From Acidobacteriota bacterium (GTDB taxonomy: Bacteria > Acidobacteriota > Terriglobia > Acidiferrales > 2-02-FULL-67-57), in the NCBI GenBank assembly GCA_037442885.1, contig JBBIPK010000005.1, positions 6,315 through 70,314 of the forward strand: a stretch of 64,000 nucleotides of DNA. Direction: 5' to 3'. The notes under the pieces were generated by a model. The model saw nothing but the letters and a program-made list of their open reading frames with translations. It did not search any database and had not been told where the DNA came from. Below are positions 56,230 to 64,000 of this stretch, piece by piece. Numbering within the stretch: the first letter of the stretch is position 1; the number at the start of each line of letters is the position of its first letter. A program made the position numbers and the translations under genes.

Positions 56230-57593
56230 GTGTGGTGGAAACCATGGAAGTAAAAACCAAGGGAAGGATTCTGGTCGTAGATGACGAGCCGGTGGTACGC
56301 GACTCCCTCGGCAAGTGGTTCACAACCGAAGGCTACGAGGTGCGCGCGGTGGCCAGTGCCCGCGAAGCGTTGGAGGCCCTGCAGAAGGACGAGCCCGACC
56401 TGGTGCTGATTGACATCAAAATGCCGGGCATGGATGGGATGGAGCTGCAACGTCGGCTGCACGAGATTGCGCCGGACGTCATCCTGATCATCATGACTGG
56501 CTACGCCTCCGTCGAGACCGCCGTGCAGGCGCTGAAGGGAGGGGCCTACGACTACATCACGAAGCCCGTTGACCCGGACGAGTTGGAGCACCTGATCGCC
56601 AACGCCCTTGCACATCGTCAGGCAAAGCGCGAAGTGGTGCGCCTGCGCGAGAACCTGCAAGAAATCTTTCCTGAGACGCAGCTCATCGGCCGGAGCGCGG
56701 GGATGAAGCGGGTCTACGAGTTGGTGGAGATGGTGGCGCCGACCGATGCCACCGTCTTGATTACTGGGGAAAGCGGGACGGGGAAGGAGTTGGTCGCCCG
56801 CGCCATCCATGCGGCCAGCCCGCGCCGCTACATGCCTCTGGTCGTCATCCATTGCGGTGCCCTCACAGAAACGCTGCTCGAAAGCGAACTCTTCGGCCAC
56901 GAGCGAGGCGCCTTCACGGGTGCGCAGTACCGCAAGAAGGGGAAGTTCGAAGTGGCCGATGGCGGGACTGTTTTCCTGGACGAGATCAGCGACATCAGCC
57001 TCAAAACGCAGACCGACCTCCTGCGTGTCCTGCAGGAGAAGGAAATTGTGCGAGTGGGAGGAACGCAGCCCATCAAAGTGGATTTCCGGTGCATTACGGC
57101 TACCAACAAAGACCTCGATGAATTGGTAAAGGCGGGCTCCTTCCGCCCTGACCTCTACTATCGGTTGAACGTGTTTCGCATCGATTTGCCTCCGCTGCGG
57201 GCGCGACGGGAAGATATTCCGCTGCTGGCGGAACACTTCTTGGAGAAGTACGCGACGGCAATGAACCGACCGGTGCCGCGCGTGACAGCCTCGGCCCTGG
57301 ACCTCCTGATGAACTACGAGTGGCCGGGCAACGTGCGCGAGTTGGAAAACGCCGTGGAGCGGGCGCTGGTGATTGGCCGGGGCACAGAGATTCAGGCCAG
57401 TGACTTCCCCTTCCAGTTGCATCCCTCCGCAGCCCAGGCTGGCCGCAGCCTGGAGGATGTGGAGCGCGTGCACATCGAGCGGGTGTTGGAGGAGACGGAG
57501 TGGAATCTGTCGCGGGCAGCGCGCATCCTGGACATTGACCGCACGACCCTCTACAACAAGCTGCGACGCTACGGGCTCAGACGGCACGAGTGA
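56226..57593 (+). CDS. sigma-54-dependent response regulator (NtrC/Fis family)
   Basis: GTG at 56226 overlaps the kinase stop (alternative ATG at 56244). ILVVDDE...LVLIDIKMPGMDG, GESGTGKE, ELFGHERGAFTGA, and a C-terminal HTH. Confidence 0.93.
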   Translation: MSVVETMEVKTKGRILVVDDEPVVRDSLGKWFTTEGYEVRAVASAREALEALQKDEPDLVLIDIKMPGMDGMELQRRLHEIAPDVILIIMTGYASVETAVQALKGGAYDYITKPVDPDELEHLIANALAHRQAKREVVRLRENLQEIFPETQLIGRSAGMKRVYELVEMVAPTDATVLITGESGTGKELVARAIHAASPRRYMPLVVIHCGALTETLLESELFGHERGAFTGAQYRKKGKFEVADGGTVFLDEISDISLKTQTDLLRVLQEKEIVRVGGTQPIKVDFRCITATNKDLDELVKAGSFRPDLYYRLNVFRIDLPPLRARREDIPLLAEHFLEKYATAMNRPVPRVTASALDLLMNYEWPGNVRELENAVERALVIGRGTEIQASDFPFQLHPSAAQAGRSLEDVERVHIERVLEETEWNLSRAARILDIDRTTLYNKLRRYGLRRHE

Positions 57594-58201
57594 ACGCCGT
57601 GATTCAGACAATCCACCTGCAGCGGGTGGGCCGGTCAGGTCTTTCTGTGATCGGCCCGGGCGAGCAGGCCGAGAACGAGAGGATGGGCCTCTTGGACGAA
57701 TTGGCAGCCGCTCTCGCGTCAGTCTTTCGGATCTCGTGTCACGTGCGCACGGAAGCCGTGGAGGCTGGCTCTGCCTTCGATCCCGTGAGGAACCAGTACT
57801 ACTCCACCGCCATCCTGCAACTGCTGGCCAGAGACAATGACGCGGAAGGCATGCGCCTGCTGGCGGTTACCTCCCTAGACCTGTATGTGCCGGTGCTGAC
57901 GTTTGTTTTCGGTGAAGCGCAGCTGGGTGGGCGGTGTGCGGTGGTTTCACTCCATCGGCTGCGGGAAGAGTTTTACGGGCTGCCGGCCAACGGCAATCTC
58001 CTGCGGGAGCGGTTGCGGAAGGAAGCCATTCATGAGCTCGGGCACACGTTTGGCCTTCGCCATTGTGCCGATTGGCGGTGCGTTATGGCCTCTGCGCATG
58101 CGGTGGAGCGGCTGGATGTCAAGACGGCAGAGTTCTGCCCGGCCTGCCGCGTACAGATTGACCGCGCCCTGGCGGGCAATCTTTCCTCCTTGTCTGTCTG
58201 A
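57590..58201 (+). CDS. archaemetzincin-like zinc metallopeptidase (M54)
   Basis: 203 aa. GTGA overlap with the regulator's stop. HELGHTFGLRHCADWRCVM-x16-CPAC matches the HExxHxxGxxxCxxxxCxM...CxxC archaemetzincin signature as I remember it. Confidence 0.75.
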   Translation: MNAVIQTIHLQRVGRSGLSVIGPGEQAENERMGLLDELAAALASVFRISCHVRTEAVEAGSAFDPVRNQYYSTAILQLLARDNDAEGMRLLAVTSLDLYVPVLTFVFGEAQLGGRCAVVSLHRLREEFYGLPANGNLLRERLRKEAIHELGHTFGLRHCADWRCVMASAHAVERLDVKTAEFCPACRVQIDRALAGNLSSLSV

Positions 58202-58220
58202 CGGACTCGCCGGTGGAGTC

Positions 58221-59927
58221 CTAGTCCGCAGTGAACACCTGAGGCTGTGGCGACAACCGGATCAATTCCGAACTGGTGGGAATGTGCGGCCGGAGACGCT
58301 CCTCGGGAATCTCCACGCTCTCCGGCACACGGTAGCGAGCGGGCGTGCCGTTGCTGAAATCCAGGTAGAGTTTGCGCCGCAGAAAGCGTTCCGGGAAGTG
58401 GGCGAGCCGCAGCAAGGGATACTTGATTTCGGGGCCGAAGAGGCGCCGGCCCAGGAAGTAGTAGTAGATGGGCACGCCGAGATTGAAGGGCCATTGCACG
58501 CGGCGTTGCTTGCGCCAGAAGTCGATGTTGTAGCGCCAGCAGGTGAAGAAGAATTCCCACTGCAAGTCGGTGAGCTCTAGCAGGCGGGCGCCGGGCTTTT
58601 TCTCCAGACGCGTTCCTTCCAGCGGGACGAACAGCGTCGGCACGACGCACCATTTCGAATCCTTGAGGGCATAGAGCAGATCGAGGGACTCTCGGGTGTC
58701 CTGTGAGGTTTCTCCGGGCAGCCCGAGAATGAAGGTGCAGAAGGGGAACCAGTTGTGCTTGTTCAGAATCTCCATCCCTTTCAGCACCACGTCGGGCCAT
58801 TGCTCGGGGCGGAAGGGGTAGCACTTGCCCTTCATGTATTGCTTGAAGAGGCGCACCGAGCCGGTTTCGAGTCCAATGAAGAGGTCTTGGAAGCGCTGCT
58901 CCGGGTGGGTGGAGGCTTCGTGCTGGTGGATGCTGCGTCCGACTCCGACGGGCGTCAATTCTTCGATGATCTGGGGATTGACGACCACGGGGGTCATGGT
59001 GCCGTGGGTCAGCATGATGTGCTTCACACCGGGAACGGCAACGACCGATTCAAACAAGCGCTTGAGGGCCGGCAGGTTCACTTCGAACCGCGGCCCCTGC
59101 TCGTAGAGGAAGAGGTCTTCGGTGACGAACAGGATGGTGTCAGCGCCTTCGGCCGCCTGCACGCGAACGTTGTGCAGGATTTGCTTGAGGGGGATGCTCT
59201 TGCCCGCACGCAGCGCCACGGAACAGAATTGACAGCCGCGACCACAGCCCCGGGTGATCTCAACCGCTCCAAAGCTGGAGCGGTGGTGGATGGGGGGCAC
59301 TCGATCCAGCAGCGGGCTGTGGCCTTCCACCTTGCGGGGCAGAGGCTCGCCGCGCAGAGCCACCTCGAACAGCGGCCCCACGACATCCTCTGCCTCTCCA
59401 TCCACGAGACAGTCCACCAACCACTCGTCCTGCAGACCCATCTTCTCAATTTGCCAGGCGCCTGGTCCCCCCACGATAATCTTGAGGTGGGGTTTGTGCT
59501 TGCGCAGGACAGGATGGAGAATCAGCTTGCGGAATTCGGTGGCGTTGATGGGTTCGGCCCCGAGCCCGTAGAGGTGGGAGTAGATATCCGTGGCGAAGGT
59601 GATCCCGAGCGGATTGTGGGCGTGGATGCCGACGACACGCGTGTCTTCGCCGACAAAGCGCGGCAGCTGGTCCGGATAACAGACGGCAATATCTTGGGGT
59701 GGGAGTTTTTGCAGGAGCAGAGACTCGACAACGCGCAGCCCGTGCGGCACCCAGGCTGCCTGCCCATCCGGCATAGTCTCATTCTTGATGGACCAATCGG
59801 CGCGAATGAGCTTGGCGTAACGCGCCGGCAGCGTTGCCAGCAGCATCTGCCGCCAGGTGCTTTTCAGGTACTCGCTCGACTCAGAATCACTGGCTGCAAG
59901 TACAATCTTTCGCCCTCGCGTCACCAT
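58221..59927 (-). CDS. radical SAM protein with N-terminal B12-binding-like domain
   Basis: 568 aa. ITRGCGRGCQFCSV (CxxxCxxC). The N-terminal ~190 aa resemble the cobalamin-binding domain of class B enzymes (weak). Confidence 0.8.
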   Translation of the reverse strand: MVTRGRKIVLAASDSESSEYLKSTWRQMLLATLPARYAKLIRADWSIKNETMPDGQAAWVPHGLRVVESLLLQKLPPQDIAVCYPDQLPRFVGEDTRVVGIHAHNPLGITFATDIYSHLYGLGAEPINATEFRKLILHPVLRKHKPHLKIIVGGPGAWQIEKMGLQDEWLVDCLVDGEAEDVVGPLFEVALRGEPLPRKVEGHSPLLDRVPPIHHRSSFGAVEITRGCGRGCQFCSVALRAGKSIPLKQILHNVRVQAAEGADTILFVTEDLFLYEQGPRFEVNLPALKRLFESVVAVPGVKHIMLTHGTMTPVVVNPQIIEELTPVGVGRSIHQHEASTHPEQRFQDLFIGLETGSVRLFKQYMKGKCYPFRPEQWPDVVLKGMEILNKHNWFPFCTFILGLPGETSQDTRESLDLLYALKDSKWCVVPTLFVPLEGTRLEKKPGARLLELTDLQWEFFFTCWRYNIDFWRKQRRVQWPFNLGVPIYYYFLGRRLFGPEIKYPLLRLAHFPERFLRRKLYLDFSNGTPARYRVPESVEIPEERLRPHIPTSSELIRLSPQPQVFTAD

Positions 59928-60301
59928 TCTTGGGTACCCTCGCCCGCCTTTCGAACGGCCCCAGCCCTGCGGGCATTCGATGTGGCCTCCTTACTACTTG
60001 ATTCACAAAGTTTTGGCAAGTATTTCGTGTTCGCTCCGGTCTCTGATACAGCGAATGGCGCCAGAGGGCGGTTCGGAGGCTTGGAGACGAGGTTCATTGG
60101 AAGGCAGGTTCTGGGGAAGAGGAGTCTTCGCCAACTGTTACAGTTCTTGTCAGCTCGCTCACTCTGTTACACTCGGGCGCAAGCAAGTAGAGAGGTAGCC
60201 GACTGTTCGCGGGAAGTGATTGGATGCGGAAACGGTAACCTTTCCCTTGCTTCGTCTGAACGGAAGGAGGCGTGCAAGGGTTAGACGCAGGAGGCCAAGC
60301 T

Positions 60302-60682
60302 ATGACCGAGCTGCCGAGAATGGCAATGGCCAAACCGCTGCAAGGAATCGAGAAGCGGCGGAGCATTCGAGCGGAGTTACGTATTCCGGTGACCGCGAGG
60401 TGGAAGGGATCGGATGGCTCCGCGGTGGAGGAGCGAACAGAGACTCGGGTGGTCAACGCCCACGGGTGTCTCCTGCTGCTCAAGGCACCTGTGTTCCAGG
60501 GGCAGCGCATTGACGTGGTGAACCGCAATACCGGCCATGCGCACGGCGGCCGGGTGGTCTGGTGCGGCGCCATTGAAGCCGATGGGCGGACGCAGGTCGG
60601 GGTTGAGCTGGACACGCCAGATTTCCAGTTCTGGGGAGAGCAGTACACGGCATTCCTGCAGTGGGCGGCGTTGCAGAAGTGA
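60302..60682 (+). CDS. PilZ domain protein
   Basis: ATG at 60302 after GGAGG (ORF track starts at GTG 60272). EKRRSIRAEL (the RxxxR motif) and VNAHGCLLL (D/NxSxxG-like). Confidence 0.65.
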   Translation: MTELPRMAMAKPLQGIEKRRSIRAELRIPVTARWKGSDGSAVEERTETRVVNAHGCLLLLKAPVFQGQRIDVVNRNTGHAHGGRVVWCGAIEADGRTQVGVELDTPDFQFWGEQYTAFLQWAALQK

Positions 60683-60717
60683 AAAGCTACCGGAGCGATT
60701 GGTGAGGGAGAGGAGCC

Positions 60718-61137
60718 ATGCCGAAAACCAAGCCACAGAGGCCGGGCCCCGTGCAGGTTCCAGAGCACTTTGAAGAAAATCTCAGGCGATTAACTCTGGA
60801 TTGCAAGGAGGCGACGCGGTATCTCGTGCACGCTGAGTTGCCGGAGCGAACCGTAGAGGAACTGAGCGAGGCCGTGGATCACCTGCGGGGCACAGTCTGG
60901 GCCGTCCTGAACTCGCTCGTGGACGAGTTCAGCGACGCACAGCGCGCCCGCCTCGTCCTCACCTCGCACCGCATTCAGCGTGCCCAGGCGTTGCTGGAAG
61001 CGTTGAATGATGAGATCGAAACTCGACGCATCACCGGCGCCACAGCTGGCGTCCGGGAGCTGCTTGCGGCGATGGGCCGTGTATACAAGAAACTCCACTA
61101 CCTGACCACGGGAAAAGTCGCGCCCGACGACAAGTAG
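60718..61137 (+). CDS. hypothetical protein
   Basis: 139 aa. Strong GGGAGAGGAG Shine-Dalgarno, helical sequence, no family recognised. Confidence 0.6.
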   Translation: MPKTKPQRPGPVQVPEHFEENLRRLTLDCKEATRYLVHAELPERTVEELSEAVDHLRGTVWAVLNSLVDEFSDAQRARLVLTSHRIQRAQALLEALNDEIETRRITGATAGVRELLAAMGRVYKKLHYLTTGKVAPDDK

Positions 61138-61175
61138 TCTTCCGAGCTTTCTTCCAACACGCGACGGGCAAGCCG

Positions 61176-61823
61176 TCAGCCACTCCCGCGAATGCCGAGG
61201 AGAGCACGCACGCGCAGCACGGCATTGGCGGCATCGTAGCCGTAGGCATCGGCTCCAATCGCTCGCGCGAACTCCGCGGAAACAGGCGCGCCACCGACAA
61301 TCGTTTTGATCCGACCGCGCAGGCCGCGCTGCTCCAGGAGGTGCACGACCTCTCTCATGCGCGGCATGGTGGTGGTCAACAAGGCCGACATGCCAATGAC
61401 GGACGCGTTCTCGGCGAGCGCCGCGTCCACGAACCGCTCTGACGAGACGTCATGACCGAGGTCAACCACCGCGAAGCCGGCCCCGGTCAGCATGACCCCG
61501 ACCAAGTTCTTGCCGATATCGTGGAGATCTCCCTGCACCGTGCCCAAAACTACTTTCCCGAGGGTGGATACATTCTCCTGGCCCAGGAGCGGCTTGACCA
61601 CCTCCAGCCCGGCGTACAGAGCTCTGGCAGCCAGCAGCACATCGGGGAGGAAGATCTCGTGCCGGCGAAAGCGGTCGCTGGCGACATTCATGCCTGCGAG
61701 GAGGGCTTCGTGCAGGATTTCTGCTGCGGGCGTGCCACCCGCCAGGGCTTGCCGGGTCAACCGGCGAACCTGCTCGTGATCGCCGCGTTCCAGGCTCTCC
61801 GCGATTGCCCGCAAGATCTCCAT
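61176..61823 (-). CDS. cobalamin-binding corrinoid protein (methyltransferase cognate)
   Basis: Internal ATG at 61823 (MEILRAIAESL...). B12-binding cap helix bundle, then the GTVQGDLHDIGKN (DxHxxG) and SALLTTT motifs. Confidence 0.88.
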   Translation of the reverse strand: MEILRAIAESLERGDHEQVRRLTRQALAGGTPAAEILHEALLAGMNVASDRFRRHEIFLPDVLLAARALYAGLEVVKPLLGQENVSTLGKVVLGTVQGDLHDIGKNLVGVMLTGAGFAVVDLGHDVSSERFVDAALAENASVIGMSALLTTTMPRMREVVHLLEQRGLRGRIKTIVGGAPVSAEFARAIGADAYGYDAANAVLRVRALLGIRGSG

Positions 61824-61824
61824 C

Positions 61825-62565
61825 TCAGACCTCTCTCTGGTGACGGCTGTGCTTCCTTCGGAGCGCAAATGCCATTCGCTCCAAGCATTCCCGCTCCTTG
61901 CACTCGACGCAGAAGGAGTAGGCAGGGCGGAAACAATGGATTCCTGCCGGCCCCGCAATCAGCACCCCGGAGACTGACTTCAGCGGGCGCATCAGGAAAC
62001 TGTTGTTCAGTGTGATGCCGATCTCCTCGGGGCGTAGATAGGCAAACAATTGGGCTTGGCCACTCATGTCCCAGCCGCAGTAGCCGGGGGCATAGGGGAG
62101 CACCCGGGTGTCTTCCGAGGCGCGACCCGTGCTGATGAGCATGCCAGAGTAGCAGTCGGCCAGCAGCCCAGCGAGTCTATCGGCGGCTTCCGAGACCACT
62201 GCATCCAGCATGACGCCCAGAGCCAGTTCACCTTGCTGGAAGAGTTCGCCGGGACGTGTGCTCGCGGCGTCACCGGTGGTGGCGGCGAACAAAGCCAGGC
62301 TGTCTGCGGAGGGAAAGATCTCGGCCAGGGGACTTTCGATTGCATTCCTGCCTTCACCTTGATAGACGCGGGCGAAATCTGTCGCCTTGATTTCCTCCCA
62401 GATACCCTGCGGAGCAGCCAGCGCGGCATAGAGATCGAAGGCGGAGTGGAGCAGTTCGCGCACGCGCGGAGATGGGGCTGCGCCTTCCGGAAGGTTCTGC
62501 CGGTGAAGGACGGCCGCAGGCTCGGGCAGCGTTTCCCGTGCCGAGAATTGGATGATCGTTCTCAT
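61825..62565 (-). CDS. methionine synthase activation-domain-like protein
   Basis: 246 aa. APGYCGWDMSGQAQLFAYL...GITLNNSFLMRPLKSVSGV resembles the vitamin-B12-dependent methionine synthase activation region. C-terminal Cys cluster CVECKERECL. Confidence 0.65.
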   Translation of the reverse strand: MRTIIQFSARETLPEPAAVLHRQNLPEGAAPSPRVRELLHSAFDLYAALAAPQGIWEEIKATDFARVYQGEGRNAIESPLAEIFPSADSLALFAATTGDAASTRPGELFQQGELALGVMLDAVVSEAADRLAGLLADCYSGMLISTGRASEDTRVLPYAPGYCGWDMSGQAQLFAYLRPEEIGITLNNSFLMRPLKSVSGVLIAGPAGIHCFRPAYSFCVECKERECLERMAFALRRKHSRHQREV

Positions 62566-64000
62566 GGTTCCTGCGCGGGGAGTTTCTCCATTCCCACGCG
62601 TGCCGCTTCTGTTTTCATCAGGCGGGTCAGCTCCGTTTTAACCTCCGGAGAGAGGCGCGAAGGAGTGTAGGCTGCCAGGAGACGGCCGACTTCCTGTTCG
62701 GCTCTCTCGCGCAACGTCGTTTGACCCTCCTCCAGCCAACGGGAGCGGCTGGCCCGATCAATAACAGGACCAGGAAAGAGAATCTCCTCCGAGAGGTGGC
62801 GGCGGGTGTGGTTGGCAATCAGCAGGTGCTGTTCCCGCAGCAGTTGTTCCAGAAGCGGGAGGGCGGGGAAATCTTCGCGGGGTTCGATTCCCCGGAGCAA
62901 GCGGTAGGCCATTCCGCAGATTTCGTTATCCACCACGAGTTTTTCCAGGCTCTGGCAGCTCTCGAAGTCCAGCATACCCGGTCCTGAAATGCTGTTGATG
63001 CCGGCGAGGGCCGCCAGGAATGCTCCGGCGGCAGTTTCCAATCCTGCCTGCGCGTCCAGTTGCTTGGCGTCGGAGAGCGAGACGTAGCCCTGCGTCGGCA
63101 TCCCCAGATGCCTTCCGATCTCGCTGGCCGCACAGCTCAGCATCATGGTTTCGATTGCGCCCATGGGCGTGGTTTCGTAGCGGATGTCGAAGATGGCCGT
63201 CGAGCTGCCGTAGAGGACGGGCGCACCGGGACGAGCGAGTTGGCTGATGACGAGCCCACTCAGGTTCTCGGCCGTGTGTTGGATCAGAGTCCCCACCAGG
63301 GTGACCGGCGCCATAAAGCCCGACAGCGGGACAGCCACCAGCTCAACCGGAATCCCCCAGCGGGCGCAGTCCACTAAATTCTGGCTCGTGACCTCACTCC
63401 ATTTCAGCGGCGAGGTGGGGCAGCAGGTGAAAATGGTAAGGGGCCGCGCTTGCAGTTCGGCGGCACTGCCTCGAATCGCCAACTGCATGTCCTTCATGAC
63501 CGCGAAGGACTCGATGGTAAACGCACCGGTTACGACTGGCTTCTCGCTGGTGAGCAAGCTCAGATAGAGCCGGTAGCTATCCGAGATGTTCTCGTGGATA
63601 TCAGCGGGGATGAGGGCCGTGCTCTGGGAGGCGAGATGGGGCAGGCCACTGACCACTTTGGCGTACTGGATGTAATCACACGTGTCCGGGGTACGCATTT
63701 CGCCTGTCCGGCTATCGAGAATGCGGATGGCGGCTGAGCCGGGCGTGAAGTAAACGCTGTCAGGAGAAAAGTCATGCGTTTGGGTTCCCAGGACATCGTA
63801 GAGCCGGAAACTGTGGGGAACCGTCTGAAGGGCGCGGTCAAGAAGGTCGGGCGGAAGCTGCACGCGGCCGTCCCGGGAACCGACCCGGGCGCCGTGGTCG
63901 GAGAGCAGTGAGACAACGCGCTGATTGTGGATTTCAACGCCCAGGGTCGAAAGTACTTGGCGCGCCTCGCTGACAATCTCCTTGATGAGCTCATCCTCAA
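62562..64000 (-). CDS. MttB-superfamily (trimethylamine methyltransferase-like) protein, non-pyrrolysine; 5' end runs off the right edge
   Basis: ORF track gives 62562-63863 (GTG). The same frame stays open to 64000 and reads EDELIKEIVSEARQVLSTLGVEIHNQRVVSLLSDHGARV..., a typical MttB N-terminus, so the gene is truncated by the window. No in-frame TAG. Confidence 0.88.
   Translation of the reverse strand, partial: EDELIKEIVSEARQVLSTLGVEIHNQRVVSLLSDHGARVGSRDGRVQLPPDLLDRALQTVPHSFRLYDVLGTQTHDFSPDSVYFTPGSAAIRILDSRTGEMRTPDTCDYIQYAKVVSGLPHLASQSTALIPADIHENISDSYRLYLSLLTSEKPVVTGAFTIESFAVMKDMQLAIRGSAAELQARPLTIFTCCPTSPLKWSEVTSQNLVDCARWGIPVELVAVPLSGFMAPVTLVGTLIQHTAENLSGLVISQLARPGAPVLYGSSTAIFDIRYETTPMGAIETMMLSCAASEIGRHLGMPTQGYVSLSDAKQLDAQAGLETAAGAFLAALAGINSISGPGMLDFESCQSLEKLVVDNEICGMAYRLLRGIEPREDFPALPLLEQLLREQHLLIANHTRRHLSEEILFPGPVIDRASRSRWLEEGQTTLRERAEQEVGRLLAAYTPSRLSPEVKTELTRLMKTEAARVGMEKLPAQEP

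Noticed and set aside
62562-64000. In-frame amber (pyrrolysine) codon in the MttB homologue
   Set aside because: The reading frame is uninterrupted over all 479 visible codons, so there is no evidence for Pyl recoding in the part of the gene inside the window.

Overview
GC-rich (by eye well above 60% GC), densely packed bacterial chromosomal segment with about 65 protein-coding genes. I recognise no rRNA, tRNA, CRISPR array, transposase or integrase. Gene content (several sigma-54/NtrC-type two-component pairs, FmdB zinc ribbon, CarboxypepD_reg-like and TonB proteins) looks Acidobacteriota-like, but that is inference only.

Most of the window is housekeeping or metabolic:
- gcvT-gcvH-gcvPA glycine cleavage genes
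- a histidine-utilisation set (hutU, hutI, fused ftcD)
- thiG, ftsB, phosphoglucomutase, cutA-corA, sppA, nadD
- a maeB / ilvE / 2-oxoacid:ferredoxin oxidoreductase / CoA-transferase operon
- a tryptophanase/tyrosine phenol-lyase homologue
- a non-pyrrolysine MttB-family methyltransferase with corrinoid protein at the right edge

The most unusual locus is a minus-strand three-gene operon at 33512-36680:
- It sits behind a near-consensus sigma-70 promoter that has a direct repeat in its spacer.
- The genes are a RecA/RadA-fold protein with degenerate Walker motifs, an unrecognisable 117-aa protein, and a Pol II-like family-B DNA polymerase.
- In the polymerase all three exonuclease motifs are substituted and motif C reads HAIVDS instead of YGDTDS.
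- By analogy to ImuA-ImuB-DnaE2 this could be an undescribed damage-tolerance or mutagenesis cassette.

Other points worth a second look:
- a glutaredoxin-like gene with TGA at the first Cys of its CxxC motif (UxxC selenoprotein candidate, or pseudogene with an additional 1-nt frame break)
- two sensor kinases with CxxCH heme-c motifs, each paired with an NtrC-type regulator
- a sigma-54-type promoter in front of a receiver-TonB fusion operon
- a membrane GcvH-like / 4Fe-4S / NrfD module with no catalytic subunit
- a bacterial archaemetzincin

Many long ORFs in the supplied track are antisense shadows typical of GC-rich DNA and were rejected. The track also translates GTG and TTG starts as M, so several ORF starts were trimmed.
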